Counted from the first letter of the stretch, positions 36,578-45,393 are shown. The stretch is DNA of 48,075 bases from Clostridia bacterium (GCA_036645795.1 JAVXNL010000004.1:1-48075); one strand, 5' to 3'. Notes: generated by a model not told the origin, from the letters alone. A program made the numbers and translations.

Positions 36578-38470
36578 TCACCTCCAAGCTGTATCTATGA
36601 AATTGTCAAAAGTTCTAATATCTTCTGATGACATATTATCTCTCATAGCTTTAATATTTTCTTCGGTCATTGGATTTCTAAATACATATTTTCCATCTAC
36701 AAACTCAACTATATTTTTATATGTATAATTGTTTGTTTGTGTCATATGTTGGAAATATTCAACTGCATTGTCCATGAATTTTTCCATCTTTTGGTCCATT
36801 TCTTTTGCTTTTCTATAATCATTATTATATGTAAATGTTGGTTCCAATGGTATACATTCTGTTATTCTTTCAATAAATCTTGTACCATCTACACCTCTTT
36901 TTAAATGTATATCAAAGTTTATTACTTGAACAACTTGTACTTCTGCTACATTTTCAGAATTAAACATTCCAATTTTAAGTAATGAGTTTCTAAGTGCTGT
37001 TATTAAGTTTGGAAAAGTCTTAGCATGATGAGTAAACAAAGTAAACTTTGATGCAACCTGTGCCATTTGAATCATCCAAGCAGCAACTGGATCTGTTGCA
37101 ACCTCACCTAAGATATTAACTCCACCATCAGTTTTCTTCTGAACATCTAGTCCTTGTTGTCCATTTATTGTATCTGTTTCTCTAAGAGATAATATATTGT
37201 GGTATGGGTAAATCTTCCTTAAATGTAATTCAAATGCTGTCTCTTGAACCCTTATAGTAATTGTCGGATATAAATATTTCATTATAGCCATCAATAATGT
37301 AGTTTTACCACAACCTTGCTCACCTGTTATCGCAGTTACTCTAGCACCTCTAATTAAATACTTAAGTAATTCAATAACTTGTTCTTTACCTTCATGACAA
37401 AGTAGTTGTTCAGGTGATATTAATGTTGGAGGAGCAAATTTTCTTACGAAAAAAGCCCATGATTCAGAAAAGTTTGGTCTTAAAACAACTACCCTGGATC
37501 CATCTTTCATTTCATTTATTTTATAACCAACAGATTCAGACAACTGACCTGGATTATTATATTTATATATATTTTGACATACCCTTTTAAGTTCTGTTTC
37601 ACTTCCAAAAGATAAAAATGACAAATACGTCGCTTTACCTTTATAAAATATCCAAACAGAATCATAAGACATTGGTATTTTTCTATCATTCATTTGATCT
37701 AAATAGTCATCCATACCTACTACTTGATCTAAAAATGATGGTGGAATACCTGATACACCACCTGATATACCATCAATGTTCATATCACGTATATCATCTA
37801 CTACACTGTACCCTTTATATCTTTGATAAATTCTTTGAACTACAATTTCTAATTTATCATCAAAGGATAATGTATCTTGATTTACTTCTAAAGCAAATAT
37901 ATTATCGATTTCTTTTTCTGTTATAACATAAGAAGAAACTTCCGGATCAAATTCAAATTTAGGAGTGTCTAGCTTATATTTTGTTATAATTTGTGTTAGT
38001 GCTTCTGCTTTATATTGCTTTTTGTAAATATGCATTAATATCTCAAATTTATCTTGAGATTCTAACTGTTCAAAATCTTCAAAAGGTATTGCATTATTTA
38101 TATTAAAGTTGTTTACTTTATAGTTGTTTCTAAGCAAGTCAAACATTAGTGTTTTTACATACTTTTTATCACTTGCATCCGCATAACCAGCACCTTTTAA
38201 AGCTTTTTTTAGCTCATATTTTACATTTTTTCTTCTTTCAAATTCCTCTTCAGAAAGCGCTAAATCATATAAATTCATTCTAGTTATCTCATCAAATTGC
38301 TTCTTTATAAATTCCTGCATTTTCTCAAGACTAAATTTTGCTTTCTCTCTTGACAAATCATTTACTTGTTCTTTAGTTTCAGATTTTTTAATCTTATACC
38401 AGAAGAAGCCTCCTACAAAGGCAATAAGTAAGATTATCAATATAATATTTAATATAAATGCAATACTCAT
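36578..38470 (-). CDS. CpaF/TadA-family (T2SSE/VirB11-like) secretion ATPase with an N-terminal transmembrane anchor
   Basis: 630-aa ORF with SD AGAGGTGA 5 nt upstream of the ATG. It has Walker A ITGEQGCGKTTLL, Asp box RVQETAFEL, Walker B-like GVNILGEV and His box TLFTHHAKT. The N-terminus MSIAFILNIILIILLIAFVGGFFWY is a predicted TM helix. Confidence 0.8.
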   Translation of the reverse strand: MSIAFILNIILIILLIAFVGGFFWYKIKKSETKEQVNDLSREKAKFSLEKMQEFIKKQFDEITRMNLYDLALSEEEFERRKNVKYELKKALKGAGYADASDKKYVKTLMFDLLRNNYKVNNFNINNAIPFEDFEQLESQDKFEILMHIYKKQYKAEALTQIITKYKLDTPKFEFDPEVSSYVITEKEIDNIFALEVNQDTLSFDDKLEIVVQRIYQRYKGYSVVDDIRDMNIDGISGGVSGIPPSFLDQVVGMDDYLDQMNDRKIPMSYDSVWIFYKGKATYLSFLSFGSETELKRVCQNIYKYNNPGQLSESVGYKINEMKDGSRVVVLRPNFSESWAFFVRKFAPPTLISPEQLLCHEGKEQVIELLKYLIRGARVTAITGEQGCGKTTLLMAIMKYLYPTITIRVQETAFELHLRKIYPYHNILSLRETDTINGQQGLDVQKKTDGGVNILGEVATDPVAAWMIQMAQVASKFTLFTHHAKTFPNLITALRNSLLKIGMFNSENVAEVQVVQVINFDIHLKRGVDGTRFIERITECIPLEPTFTYNNDYRKAKEMDQKMEKFMDNAVEYFQHMTQTNNYTYKNIVEFVDGKYVFRNPMTEENIKAMRDNMSSEDIRTFDNFIDTAWR

Positions 38471-38493
38471 TGTTTCACCTCTTTTTATCTATT

Positions 38494-39309
38494 TTATACA
38501 TCTCTTATTTTAGCAAGTTCTATTATTTTTTCAACAATTCCATTAACTTGCGATATAAAATAACCATTATAGTCTTTTATATCTGCGTTCATATTTCTAT
38601 AGAAGAAATCTATTACATTTCCACTATTACATGCATCTGCAAATAAATAGTTATGTGGTACTGTAAATATTGGTTCTTTTATAGTGTTTTTTAATTTTAT
38701 ATTAGATGAATTAAATTTTGCTTTACCTTCATAGTCTCCAATAACAAATATTTTACTTTTGTTTTTCAACTCATCCATGTTATTTACTGTCTCAAAAAAG
38801 CCATCCAGTTTTACAACATCTTGATTTACAACACATACAACAATTTCGGCATCTAAAAGAGTGTCTGATATAAATTTATCGTCTGCAGACTTTGGTAAGT
38901 CAATAAATACTACATCATAAATTTCCGCTGCTTTTCTTGTGATATATGGTAAATTGTTTACAAGGTCCGAATATCCATCCATATCTTTAGAATTCATTCC
39001 ATATAGTATATCAAGTCTATCTTTTAAAACAGGCTTTGCATAGTTTTGTATAGCATCAGATGTTAATTTGTTACTTGTTACAAGCCTTATTAATGCACTA
39101 ATTCCAATACTTGAATTATCAAATACTCCACTTGACTTTAAATCATCATACGGTGTAAATGAAGATTCTATCTTCTTAGAATTGTAGTTACCTTGCATAA
39201 GTAAGCTATTAACTTTATGAGCTATTCCCATTAAAGTACTAACTGCAATTGCGGCATGTGTATTACCCGACATATTTTTTGTCGGACTCCAAAATACAAT
39301 TCTTGGCAT
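38494..39309 (-). CDS. TadZ/CpaE-like ParA/MinD-fold protein with a degenerate Walker A
   Basis: 271-aa ORF. IVFWSPTKNMSGNTHAAIAVSTLMG occupies the position of the deviant Walker A (KGGxGKT) but lacks the lysines. A Walker B-like VVFIDLPKS is present. Its start overlaps the upstream stop (TAATG at 39307-39311). Confidence 0.6.
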   Translation of the reverse strand: MPRIVFWSPTKNMSGNTHAAIAVSTLMGIAHKVNSLLMQGNYNSKKIESSFTPYDDLKSSGVFDNSSIGISALIRLVTSNKLTSDAIQNYAKPVLKDRLDILYGMNSKDMDGYSDLVNNLPYITRKAAEIYDVVFIDLPKSADDKFISDTLLDAEIVVCVVNQDVVKLDGFFETVNNMDELKNKSKIFVIGDYEGKAKFNSSNIKLKNTIKEPIFTVPHNYLFADACNSGNVIDFFYRNMNADIKDYNGYFISQVNGIVEKIIELAKIRDV

Positions 39310-40022
39310 TAATCTCTCCTCCTTTTAATTTGTTTTGTAACTTCTTTTGAAGTTACATCCTCTATTATCTGTGATGTTAAATCAGAAATTAGCCCTATAT
39401 ATGTTTTAGTATGCTTTTTTATATCTATAAGTCCACTAAACTGTGAGTCTATATCTACTAATTTGTCTTGTTCTTCAAGTTGTACTTCGTATTCTGGCTC
39501 TTGCCATTTCACATTATAACTGCTGATTTGAGTTTCAAAATACTCTTCTGCAGCTCTTGACATATATGTCTTATATAGTACCTTAGTTATCTTTATATCT
39601 TCTTCTTGAGGATTATATACCCTTATTGCTTTTATTAAGTCTTTATTTTTTACAACTGATAATATACTTGTATCTACAAAAAAGAATAATTTATCTATTC
39701 CTCTTGTTCTAAAAAACTCATACCCTTTTGGGCTGTCTATATCAATTATTATATAATCATACAATGATATATTAATTCCTTGATCTACCATATAATTTTC
39801 TACATCATGCATACTATCAAAACCTACAGCAAAGTCTATGTTATTATATTGAGTAACATATGATCTCCCCATATTGTCTAGTGATGGTACAACACATTTT
39901 ATTTTTTGGTCTAAGGTGGCGTCTACAACGAGCACCGCCTTATCCATTATATTTATTGTTCTAGCAAGATTTATAGCAAAGTCATATTTATCTACATATC
40001 CCATCATTCCAATTACTTGCAT
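39309..40022 (-). CDS. Second TadZ/CpaE-like ParA-fold protein with no recognisable P-loop
   Basis: 237-aa ORF. VIGMMGYVDKYDFAINLARTINIMDKAVLVVDAT follows the MinD/ParA N-terminal layout without GKT, and it has a Walker B-like YDYIIIDIDSP. Confidence 0.5.
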   Translation of the reverse strand: MQVIGMMGYVDKYDFAINLARTINIMDKAVLVVDATLDQKIKCVVPSLDNMGRSYVTQYNNIDFAVGFDSMHDVENYMVDQGINISLYDYIIIDIDSPKGYEFFRTRGIDKLFFFVDTSILSVVKNKDLIKAIRVYNPQEEDIKITKVLYKTYMSRAAEEYFETQISSYNVKWQEPEYEVQLEEQDKLVDIDSQFSGLIDIKKHTKTYIGLISDLTSQIIEDVTSKEVTKQIKRRRD

Positions 40023-40085
40023 CTATTATTCCTCCTACGTTTGTTAATTTACATTCCTAAAAAAACCATCTTTTTAATTTATTAG

Positions 40086-41174
40086 CTATTTTGCTGGTTT
40101 ATTAGTTGTTTCTGGTGCTGGTGCTGGTGCAGTTTGTGCTGAGTTTTTAGAATCTAATAATTCTTGTCTTTGCGTTTTTTGATTTGTTATTGATTGTTGT
40201 GCTCCAGTTACTACATTTTTATATTCTTCACCGCTTGTAGTTTGATATCCATTTATTCCATTTTCTAAATTTGAACGAGCTTCAGTACTTAATTTTTCTT
40301 TTGCTTGTTCAAGTATATTTTTATTTGTTTTCATCATATCCATAACTTGAGAGTTTGGCTGATAATTTTCCATTGTTCTTGTAACAGTAGAAGCATAGTT
40401 TTTATATTTTGATATTAAATCAAATAATATTTTTGTTAACTCTTCTTCAGTTGCCTCTTTTATAGTTGCTTGTTCTTTTTTAATTTCTTCTGATACATAA
40501 CCTTTAGCTGCAACTGCTGAGTCATCAGATATCTTTATTTGTGCATCTGCATCTGCATATTTTGTTGCGTAAAGTTTTGAACCTTGTTTTAAGAAAGAAT
40601 CAACCATAGCAGAATTTAAAAGTAATCTTTCATCTTCTGCAAGTTGTACCCACATTGTTTGTCCTGCTATTTTAGTTACATTTTTTTGTGCAAGTACAAT
40701 ATAATCTGTACCATTTGGATACATTATTCTTACATCTACTTTATCACCTTCAACTAAATCACTTGGCATAAGAACAGTATTTACTTCTTGATCTCTTACA
40801 TCAGAAGAAATTATTTCATCTGTTACCATAGATTTAGTTAATGGAACTTTTGCTGCTATATTATATTTAGCAACTTTACCTACAGCATAATCTCCATCAA
40901 GAGTTGTTATAGCATCAGTAGGTACTGTACTATTGTGCACTCTTGTTGTCGCAAGCATATCTGCGCCAATCATCTCTCCTTGTATAACATCTTTGTTTAA
41001 TGTTGTTACCATTTTAGTATAAATAGAATTAAACTTTTTGTTTGTTCCTTTTTCATAAGTTTTAACAGTAGATATTGCCCACCAAACTGTTAAACCAATA
41101 CCTACAACGCCAACTGCAAGGCCAATAGCTGCACCTTGCCACATTTTCTTTTTAATTTGACTCATTCCTACCAT
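40086..41174 (-). CDS. cpaB: CpaB/RcpC-like pilus assembly protein (N-terminal TM plus SAF domain)
   Basis: 362-aa ORF with TM segment GAAIGLAVGVVGIGLTVWWAI. The SAF-like segment is LNKDVIQGEMIGADMLATTRVHNSTVPTDAI...VGKVAKYNIAAKVPLTKSMV. The C-terminus has a Q/T/P-rich tail. Confidence 0.7.
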   Translation of the reverse strand: MVGMSQIKKKMWQGAAIGLAVGVVGIGLTVWWAISTVKTYEKGTNKKFNSIYTKMVTTLNKDVIQGEMIGADMLATTRVHNSTVPTDAITTLDGDYAVGKVAKYNIAAKVPLTKSMVTDEIISSDVRDQEVNTVLMPSDLVEGDKVDVRIMYPNGTDYIVLAQKNVTKIAGQTMWVQLAEDERLLLNSAMVDSFLKQGSKLYATKYADADAQIKISDDSAVAAKGYVSEEIKKEQATIKEATEEELTKILFDLISKYKNYASTVTRTMENYQPNSQVMDMMKTNKNILEQAKEKLSTEARSNLENGINGYQTTSGEEYKNVVTGAQQSITNQKTQRQELLDSKNSAQTAPAPAPETTNKPAK

Positions 41175-41239
41175 ATATTTTCAACCTCCATAAAACACTC
41201 TAATAATTTTTACATATATGTGTTATTTTCATATTAATT

Positions 41240-41268
41240 AGTATATATCGAAGTTTTAAAAAAATCAA
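41240..41268 (-). promoter_or_regulatory. Possible SigA-type promoter of the Tad-like operon (TTGATT - 17 - TATACT on the minus strand)
   Basis: The reverse complement of 41263-41268 is TTGATT and that of 41240-41245 is TATACT, with a 17-nt spacer. It lies ~65 nt upstream of the cpaB-like start. Consensus match only. Confidence 0.35.
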
Positions 41269-41320
41269 TAGAAAATACAAAAAAAATCATCACTTAGCGC
41301 AAATGATATTTAAGTGAAAT

Positions 41321-41353
41321 AAAGTTGTAATATTTTTGAAACATTACAACTTT
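41321..41353 (-). terminator. Hairpin downstream of the DD-carboxypeptidase gene (probable terminator)
   Basis: 11-bp perfect stem aaagttgtaat (41321-41331) / attacaacttt (41343-41353) with an 11-nt loop. The trailing sequence on the minus strand is only moderately U-rich. Confidence 0.45.
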
Positions 41354-41398
41354 ATCTCTTATATTCTTATTCATTTTTTATTTCATCTGTATTTGCTT

Positions 41399-42658
41399 TT
41401 ACGCTAAAGGGCACATTGTAAATGTTTTAAATGTTTTTTTCATATACTCTTTTATCGATGATTTAGGTATATCTTCCGTTATAACAAGAGGTACTTCGCC
41501 TATTTTTTCACCGCTTATTTTACTTAACACTTCTAATTTACCCACTACTTGATTTGCAGTTATAGGAGCTTTTAAAATATCATTATTATATATAATGTTT
41601 TCTATAACCTCCATTTTACTTCCCTTATCAACTAAAGTACTAAAAGACTCTTGCACAGTAATATTTGCATGTTTTTCCACATTCTTATTTACAGGTTTGC
41701 TATCTACTACTGTTCCTTTATCGTATATATTTTGTATTTGATATGTACTAAATCCATAATTTAACAACTGTTTACACTCCTCTAGCCTTATATCAGAAGA
41801 TGGAGCTCTCATTACTACCGCTATATATGTTGTATTGTCCCTTGTTGCACTTGAAGATAAATTAAATAAGGCTTTTGATGTCGAACCAGTTTTTAATCCA
41901 TTTGCTCCCTCATAAGACTTTATTAATTTATTAGTACTACTTAACGAAAATGTTCCATCTCTTAGAGTATCCATCCAAATAGATGTATACTTAAGTATAT
42001 CTGGATGTTTTAGTATAAGTTCTCTTGACATTATAGCTACGTCTTTTGCACTTGTATAATGGTCATCCTCGTCTATTCCATGACAATTCATAAAATGGGT
42101 ATTTTCCATGCCAAGAGACAAAGCTTTATCATTCATCATTTTCACAAAGTTTGGTTCACTTCCTGCTATATGCTCACTCATCGCAACAGTAACATCATTT
42201 GCAGAAACTACACAAATAGCTTTAAGAGCTTCATCTACACTTAAGCTCTCACCCTCTTTAAACCAAATTTGTGAACCTCCCATCTTAGAAGCATTTGCAC
42301 TGCATGTTATTTTATCTGTATATGAAAGTTTCCCTATATCTATTTGTTCCATTACAAGAAGCAATGTCATAACTTTGGTTACAGATGCAGGTAATAACTT
42401 TTCATTTTCGTTATTTGCATAAAGGATTTTACCCGTTGTAGGTTCCATCAAAACTTGTGAAGCAGATACGAAAGCAAACTGTGGAGTAGTCCCAAAAGTA
42501 CTTACACTGCTTTGTACGCTACTTTTACTTTTTTTCGTAGATATTGGATACAAAAACATAGAGCCAAATACATTACTGGTTACCATACTATATATAGTAA
42601 ATAAAATACTAATACGTACTATACATTTACTAATAGTTTTATTTTTTATAAATAACAT
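41399..42658 (-). CDS. D-alanyl-D-alanine carboxypeptidase (PBP5/DacB-DacF type, peptidase S11)
   Basis: 419-aa ORF with a signal or anchor segment, SxxK (ASVTKVMT), SxN (VVSANDV) and KTG (LKTGST) motifs, and a PBP5-type C-terminal domain. Confidence 0.88.
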   Translation of the reverse strand: MLFIKNKTISKCIVRISILFTIYSMVTSNVFGSMFLYPISTKKSKSSVQSSVSTFGTTPQFAFVSASQVLMEPTTGKILYANNENEKLLPASVTKVMTLLLVMEQIDIGKLSYTDKITCSANASKMGGSQIWFKEGESLSVDEALKAICVVSANDVTVAMSEHIAGSEPNFVKMMNDKALSLGMENTHFMNCHGIDEDDHYTSAKDVAIMSRELILKHPDILKYTSIWMDTLRDGTFSLSSTNKLIKSYEGANGLKTGSTSKALFNLSSSATRDNTTYIAVVMRAPSSDIRLEECKQLLNYGFSTYQIQNIYDKGTVVDSKPVNKNVEKHANITVQESFSTLVDKGSKMEVIENIIYNNDILKAPITANQVVGKLEVLSKISGEKIGEVPLVITEDIPKSSIKEYMKKTFKTFTMCPLA

Positions 42659-42732
42659 TTAATCACCTTTTTCTTTTGTTATATTGTATTTACACTACTT
42701 TGTTTTTATGCATACACCCAGTATATAACTAG

Positions 42733-42775
42733 CAATAATTATATATTGAAATATAAATGAAATATATAATTATTG
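42733..42775. promoter_or_regulatory. Perfect 15-bp inverted repeat upstream of the carboxypeptidase gene (candidate operator)
   Basis: caataattatatatt (42733-42747), a 13-nt spacer, then aatatataattattg (42761-42775). It lies 75-115 nt upstream of the start at 42658. Confidence 0.3.
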
Positions 42776-42837
42776 TTGAAATTATATAAATTCATTATAG
42801 TTTTAACAAATGTATAACAACAAAAGAATATTTAGTT

Positions 42838-42873
42838 AAAAAAATAGCTGTTAGATTTTTTGCTCTAACAACT
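42838..42873 (-). terminator. Rho-independent terminator of the BI-1/YccA gene
   Basis: On the minus strand the stem agttgttaga / tctaacagct forms 10 bp with one G-U pair and has an 8-nt loop. ATTTTTTT follows. Confidence 0.6.
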
Positions 42874-42916
42874 AGTATATACATTCTTTATATCCATTTT
42901 AATTATTATTTAAAAC

Positions 42917-43588
42917 TTATTCTCTTTTTCCAAATATATTAAGGATTCTAACAAATATATTAATAAAATCTAGATATAATTGCATTGCTCCATATATATG
43001 TACTTTATCTGCAGGTATTGCTCCAGATTCCGAGAATACTCGTATTTTTTGCATATCATACGCAGTAACTCCAAAAAACACAAACAATACTATCCACGAT
43101 ACAATAAGATCAATCATAGAATTACCTACGAATAAGTTAATTAAACTTACTATAATTCCAACAATTAAAACGCCAAAAAGTATTGTACCAAGTTTAGATA
43201 AATCTTTTTTTGTTATCGCACCGATAAATGCAAACAGTCCAAACAATGCAGCTGACGCAAAAAACACAATTATTATTGATTTTAATTGAAAAGTGTAAAA
43301 TATTGTTGATAAACTTATACCATTAAATATCGCATATACAAAAAAAAGTATCGCTACAACTGTTGGTGGCAATTTCCTAAATAAAAAGGAAAATAAAAGT
43401 ACCACTACAAGCTCAACTATCATTACTACAGCAAATCCTGCACCACTCATAATACTTGCAGCAAGGCCAGTTGAATATGTATACCATGATATAAGACCTG
43501 TTGCAAAAAGTCCTAAAAACATCCATAAAAACGTTTTAGAATATATACTACTCTCAGTTCTAATTGCTCCTCCATCTCTTTTCTCCAT
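42917..43588 (-). CDS. Bax inhibitor-1/YccA-family membrane protein
   Basis: 223-aa ORF with SD GGAGGA upstream and about seven TM segments. It has the family-typical C-terminus GAMQLYLDFINIFVRILNIF. Confidence 0.8.
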   Translation of the reverse strand: MEKRDGGAIRTESSIYSKTFLWMFLGLFATGLISWYTYSTGLAASIMSGAGFAVVMIVELVVVLLFSFLFRKLPPTVVAILFFVYAIFNGISLSTIFYTFQLKSIIIVFFASAALFGLFAFIGAITKKDLSKLGTILFGVLIVGIIVSLINLFVGNSMIDLIVSWIVLFVFFGVTAYDMQKIRVFSESGAIPADKVHIYGAMQLYLDFINIFVRILNIFGKRE

Positions 43589-43607
43589 AAAATTTCCTCC
43601 TTCTAAT

Positions 43608-43637
43608 AATGGCTTTAATTATATAATTAAAGCCATT
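43608..43637. repeat. 13-bp perfect inverted repeat (hairpin) between the PF06541-like gene and the BI-1 gene
   Basis: aatggctttaatt (43608-43620), loop atat, then aattaaagccatt (43625-43637). No U-tract follows on the minus strand, so it may be an attenuator, a processing or stabilising hairpin, or an operator rather than a terminator. Confidence 0.5.
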
Positions 43638-43697
43638 AAAAGTCAATATATTTCACATAACTTTCACTTTTGTTTATTTGTTTTACACATTCAATTA

Positions 43698-44471
43698 TTA
43701 CATTTTTTTTGCTTTTTTCTTTAAACTCTTTGCAAATTGTCTCTTATGAAGCTCCATTTTTAATTCATTAAGTGACATATCAAACTTTTTAAATTCAATA
43801 TTTGGAAAAGCTTTAAGTATTCTGGTATGAAATATACTTCCTTTTTCCAATAAATTTTTCTTTAGCTCTTCTAATTGTATAACAAGCTCTAAGTTTTCAA
43901 ACTGTATTGCCTTGTTTTTTGCAATAGTTGCGGTTATATCTTTTATCTGTGCAAGCTTTTTCTTTAAGTTTAATACCGTATTTAATGTAGACATGAAATC
44001 TATCATTACCAAAACTACAAGTCCTAAAACAATTGAAGATATATAATTTTGTGGTATCCATCCAACAAACTTTTCTACTTGAGGATGTAATATATATATA
44101 ACAAAAAGGCCTAGCAATCCAAAAATTACAGAATTTAGTAAACATACTCTACCATTTATATTAAATGGCATATGTGAATAATCCCACCATTTTGCCCCAA
44201 AAGATTTTTCCATTACATAGCTTGTTATATATTCTAGCAATGTTGTAAGTATCATTCCAAATAGAAAAACAAGTATGGGATTTTGATAAAAACTAGATAA
44301 CGCTATAATTATTATAAACGCACCAAATCCATATATAGGACAATATGGACCATACATAAAACCTCTATTTGTGATTTTCCCCTCACATATTCCACAATAT
44401 ACCGTCTCGCAAGCCCATCCCAGCACACTATATATAAATATATATATAAAAATCGTATTAAAACCCAACAT
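43698..44471 (-). CDS. Polytopic membrane protein of the 'putative ABC-transporter type IV' (PF06541/DUF1113-like) family
   Basis: 257-aa ORF with the N-terminal family pattern IYSVLGWACETVYCGI..GKITNRGFMYGPYCPIYGFGA, several TM segments and a coiled, basic C-terminal tail. Confidence 0.6.
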   Translation of the reverse strand: MLGFNTIFIYIFIYSVLGWACETVYCGICEGKITNRGFMYGPYCPIYGFGAFIIIIALSSFYQNPILVFLFGMILTTLLEYITSYVMEKSFGAKWWDYSHMPFNINGRVCLLNSVIFGLLGLFVIYILHPQVEKFVGWIPQNYISSIVLGLVVLVMIDFMSTLNTVLNLKKKLAQIKDITATIAKNKAIQFENLELVIQLEELKKNLLEKGSIFHTRILKAFPNIEFKKFDMSLNELKMELHKRQFAKSLKKKAKKM

Positions 44472-44676
44472 TTAAATCACCGCTTCAATTATATATTATG
44501 TTGCAAATTTTGTCAAATATAGTTTATTTGCAAATAAGTTTTGTGAATAGCTCTTAATTTTTGATATTTTTTTCGTTTTCTCTTATATCTTTTTAAAGTA
44601 AAAGTTTCGTTTTTTTACATATATTATTGATATTTTATAGTATTTATGGTAGTATTTATATTAAGGTGATATATTT

Positions 44677-45384
44677 ATGAACGATAATCAAATAAGAGAA
44701 AAAATAAAACCAGGAATTAAAGTACAAATCGTGTTAAAAAAGGACCAACCTACAGGTATACTTACTACGGGCATAGTAAAAGATATATTAACACATAGTG
44801 CAAATCACCATAGAGGAATAAAAGTAAGACTTAAAGATGGACAAATTGGTAGAGTTCAAGTCATTTTAACAGATGATGCCGCAAATACAGTTCAAAAAGA
44901 AAAAAGTATTGTTGTTATAAAAAAAGCTCTAATAGATGATTTATATGAAATACAAAAACTACATTTCAAGCTTTGTGTTCAAGAAAAAAATCTTGGTAAT
45001 AATATATTAAACTCAGATTTTTCTCTTAGTTTAGCTGGAGCCAATTTTTTTAAAGAAAAAATAGAAAATGAATTTGTATACGTCGCTAAAACAAATGGAA
45101 ATGTAATAGGCTTTGTATGTGCCTCAAAGCTTAACAATAAACCTTGGTATAATAAAAATGTGGCCGAAATAATTTCAATATATGTAAAAGAAAGTTATAG
45201 AAAAAAAGGAATTGGCACATCACTTCTAAATAAAGCAAAAGACTATTACAATAATATAAATATACCTAATATTTTATTAACTATGCCTATTAAAGATGTG
45301 TCTTGTTTAGAATTTTATAAAGACAATGATTTTATTTCTTGTTATAATACACTTATTTATACAGCGAGTTATAAACACATTTAA
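44677..45384 (+). CDS. YwbE-family (DUF2196) domain fused to a GNAT N-acetyltransferase domain
   Basis: The N-terminal KPGIKVQIVLKKDQPTGILTTGIVKDILTHSANHHRGIKVRLKDGQIGRVQ matches the YwbE family as I recall it. The C-terminal half has GNAT motif A (IISIYVKESYRKKGIGTSLLNKA). Confidence 0.7.
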   Translation: MNDNQIREKIKPGIKVQIVLKKDQPTGILTTGIVKDILTHSANHHRGIKVRLKDGQIGRVQVILTDDAANTVQKEKSIVVIKKALIDDLYEIQKLHFKLCVQEKNLGNNILNSDFSLSLAGANFFKEKIENEFVYVAKTNGNVIGFVCASKLNNKPWYNKNVAEIISIYVKESYRKKGIGTSLLNKAKDYYNNINIPNILLTMPIKDVSCLEFYKDNDFISCYNTLIYTASYKHI

Positions 45385-45393
45385 ATATATTTA

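Noticed and set aside
15777-41268. The accessory block as a prophage, ICE or transposon
   Set aside because: I recognised no integrase, recombinase, transposase, relaxase, capsid or tail genes, flanking direct repeats or tRNA target. The gene content is entirely surface or pilus related.
43897-44145. 82-aa minus-strand ORF nested within 43698-44471
   Set aside because: It is an alternate frame of the same strand inside a 257-aa membrane-protein gene with clear family motifs. It has no SD, and its composition is not protein-like.
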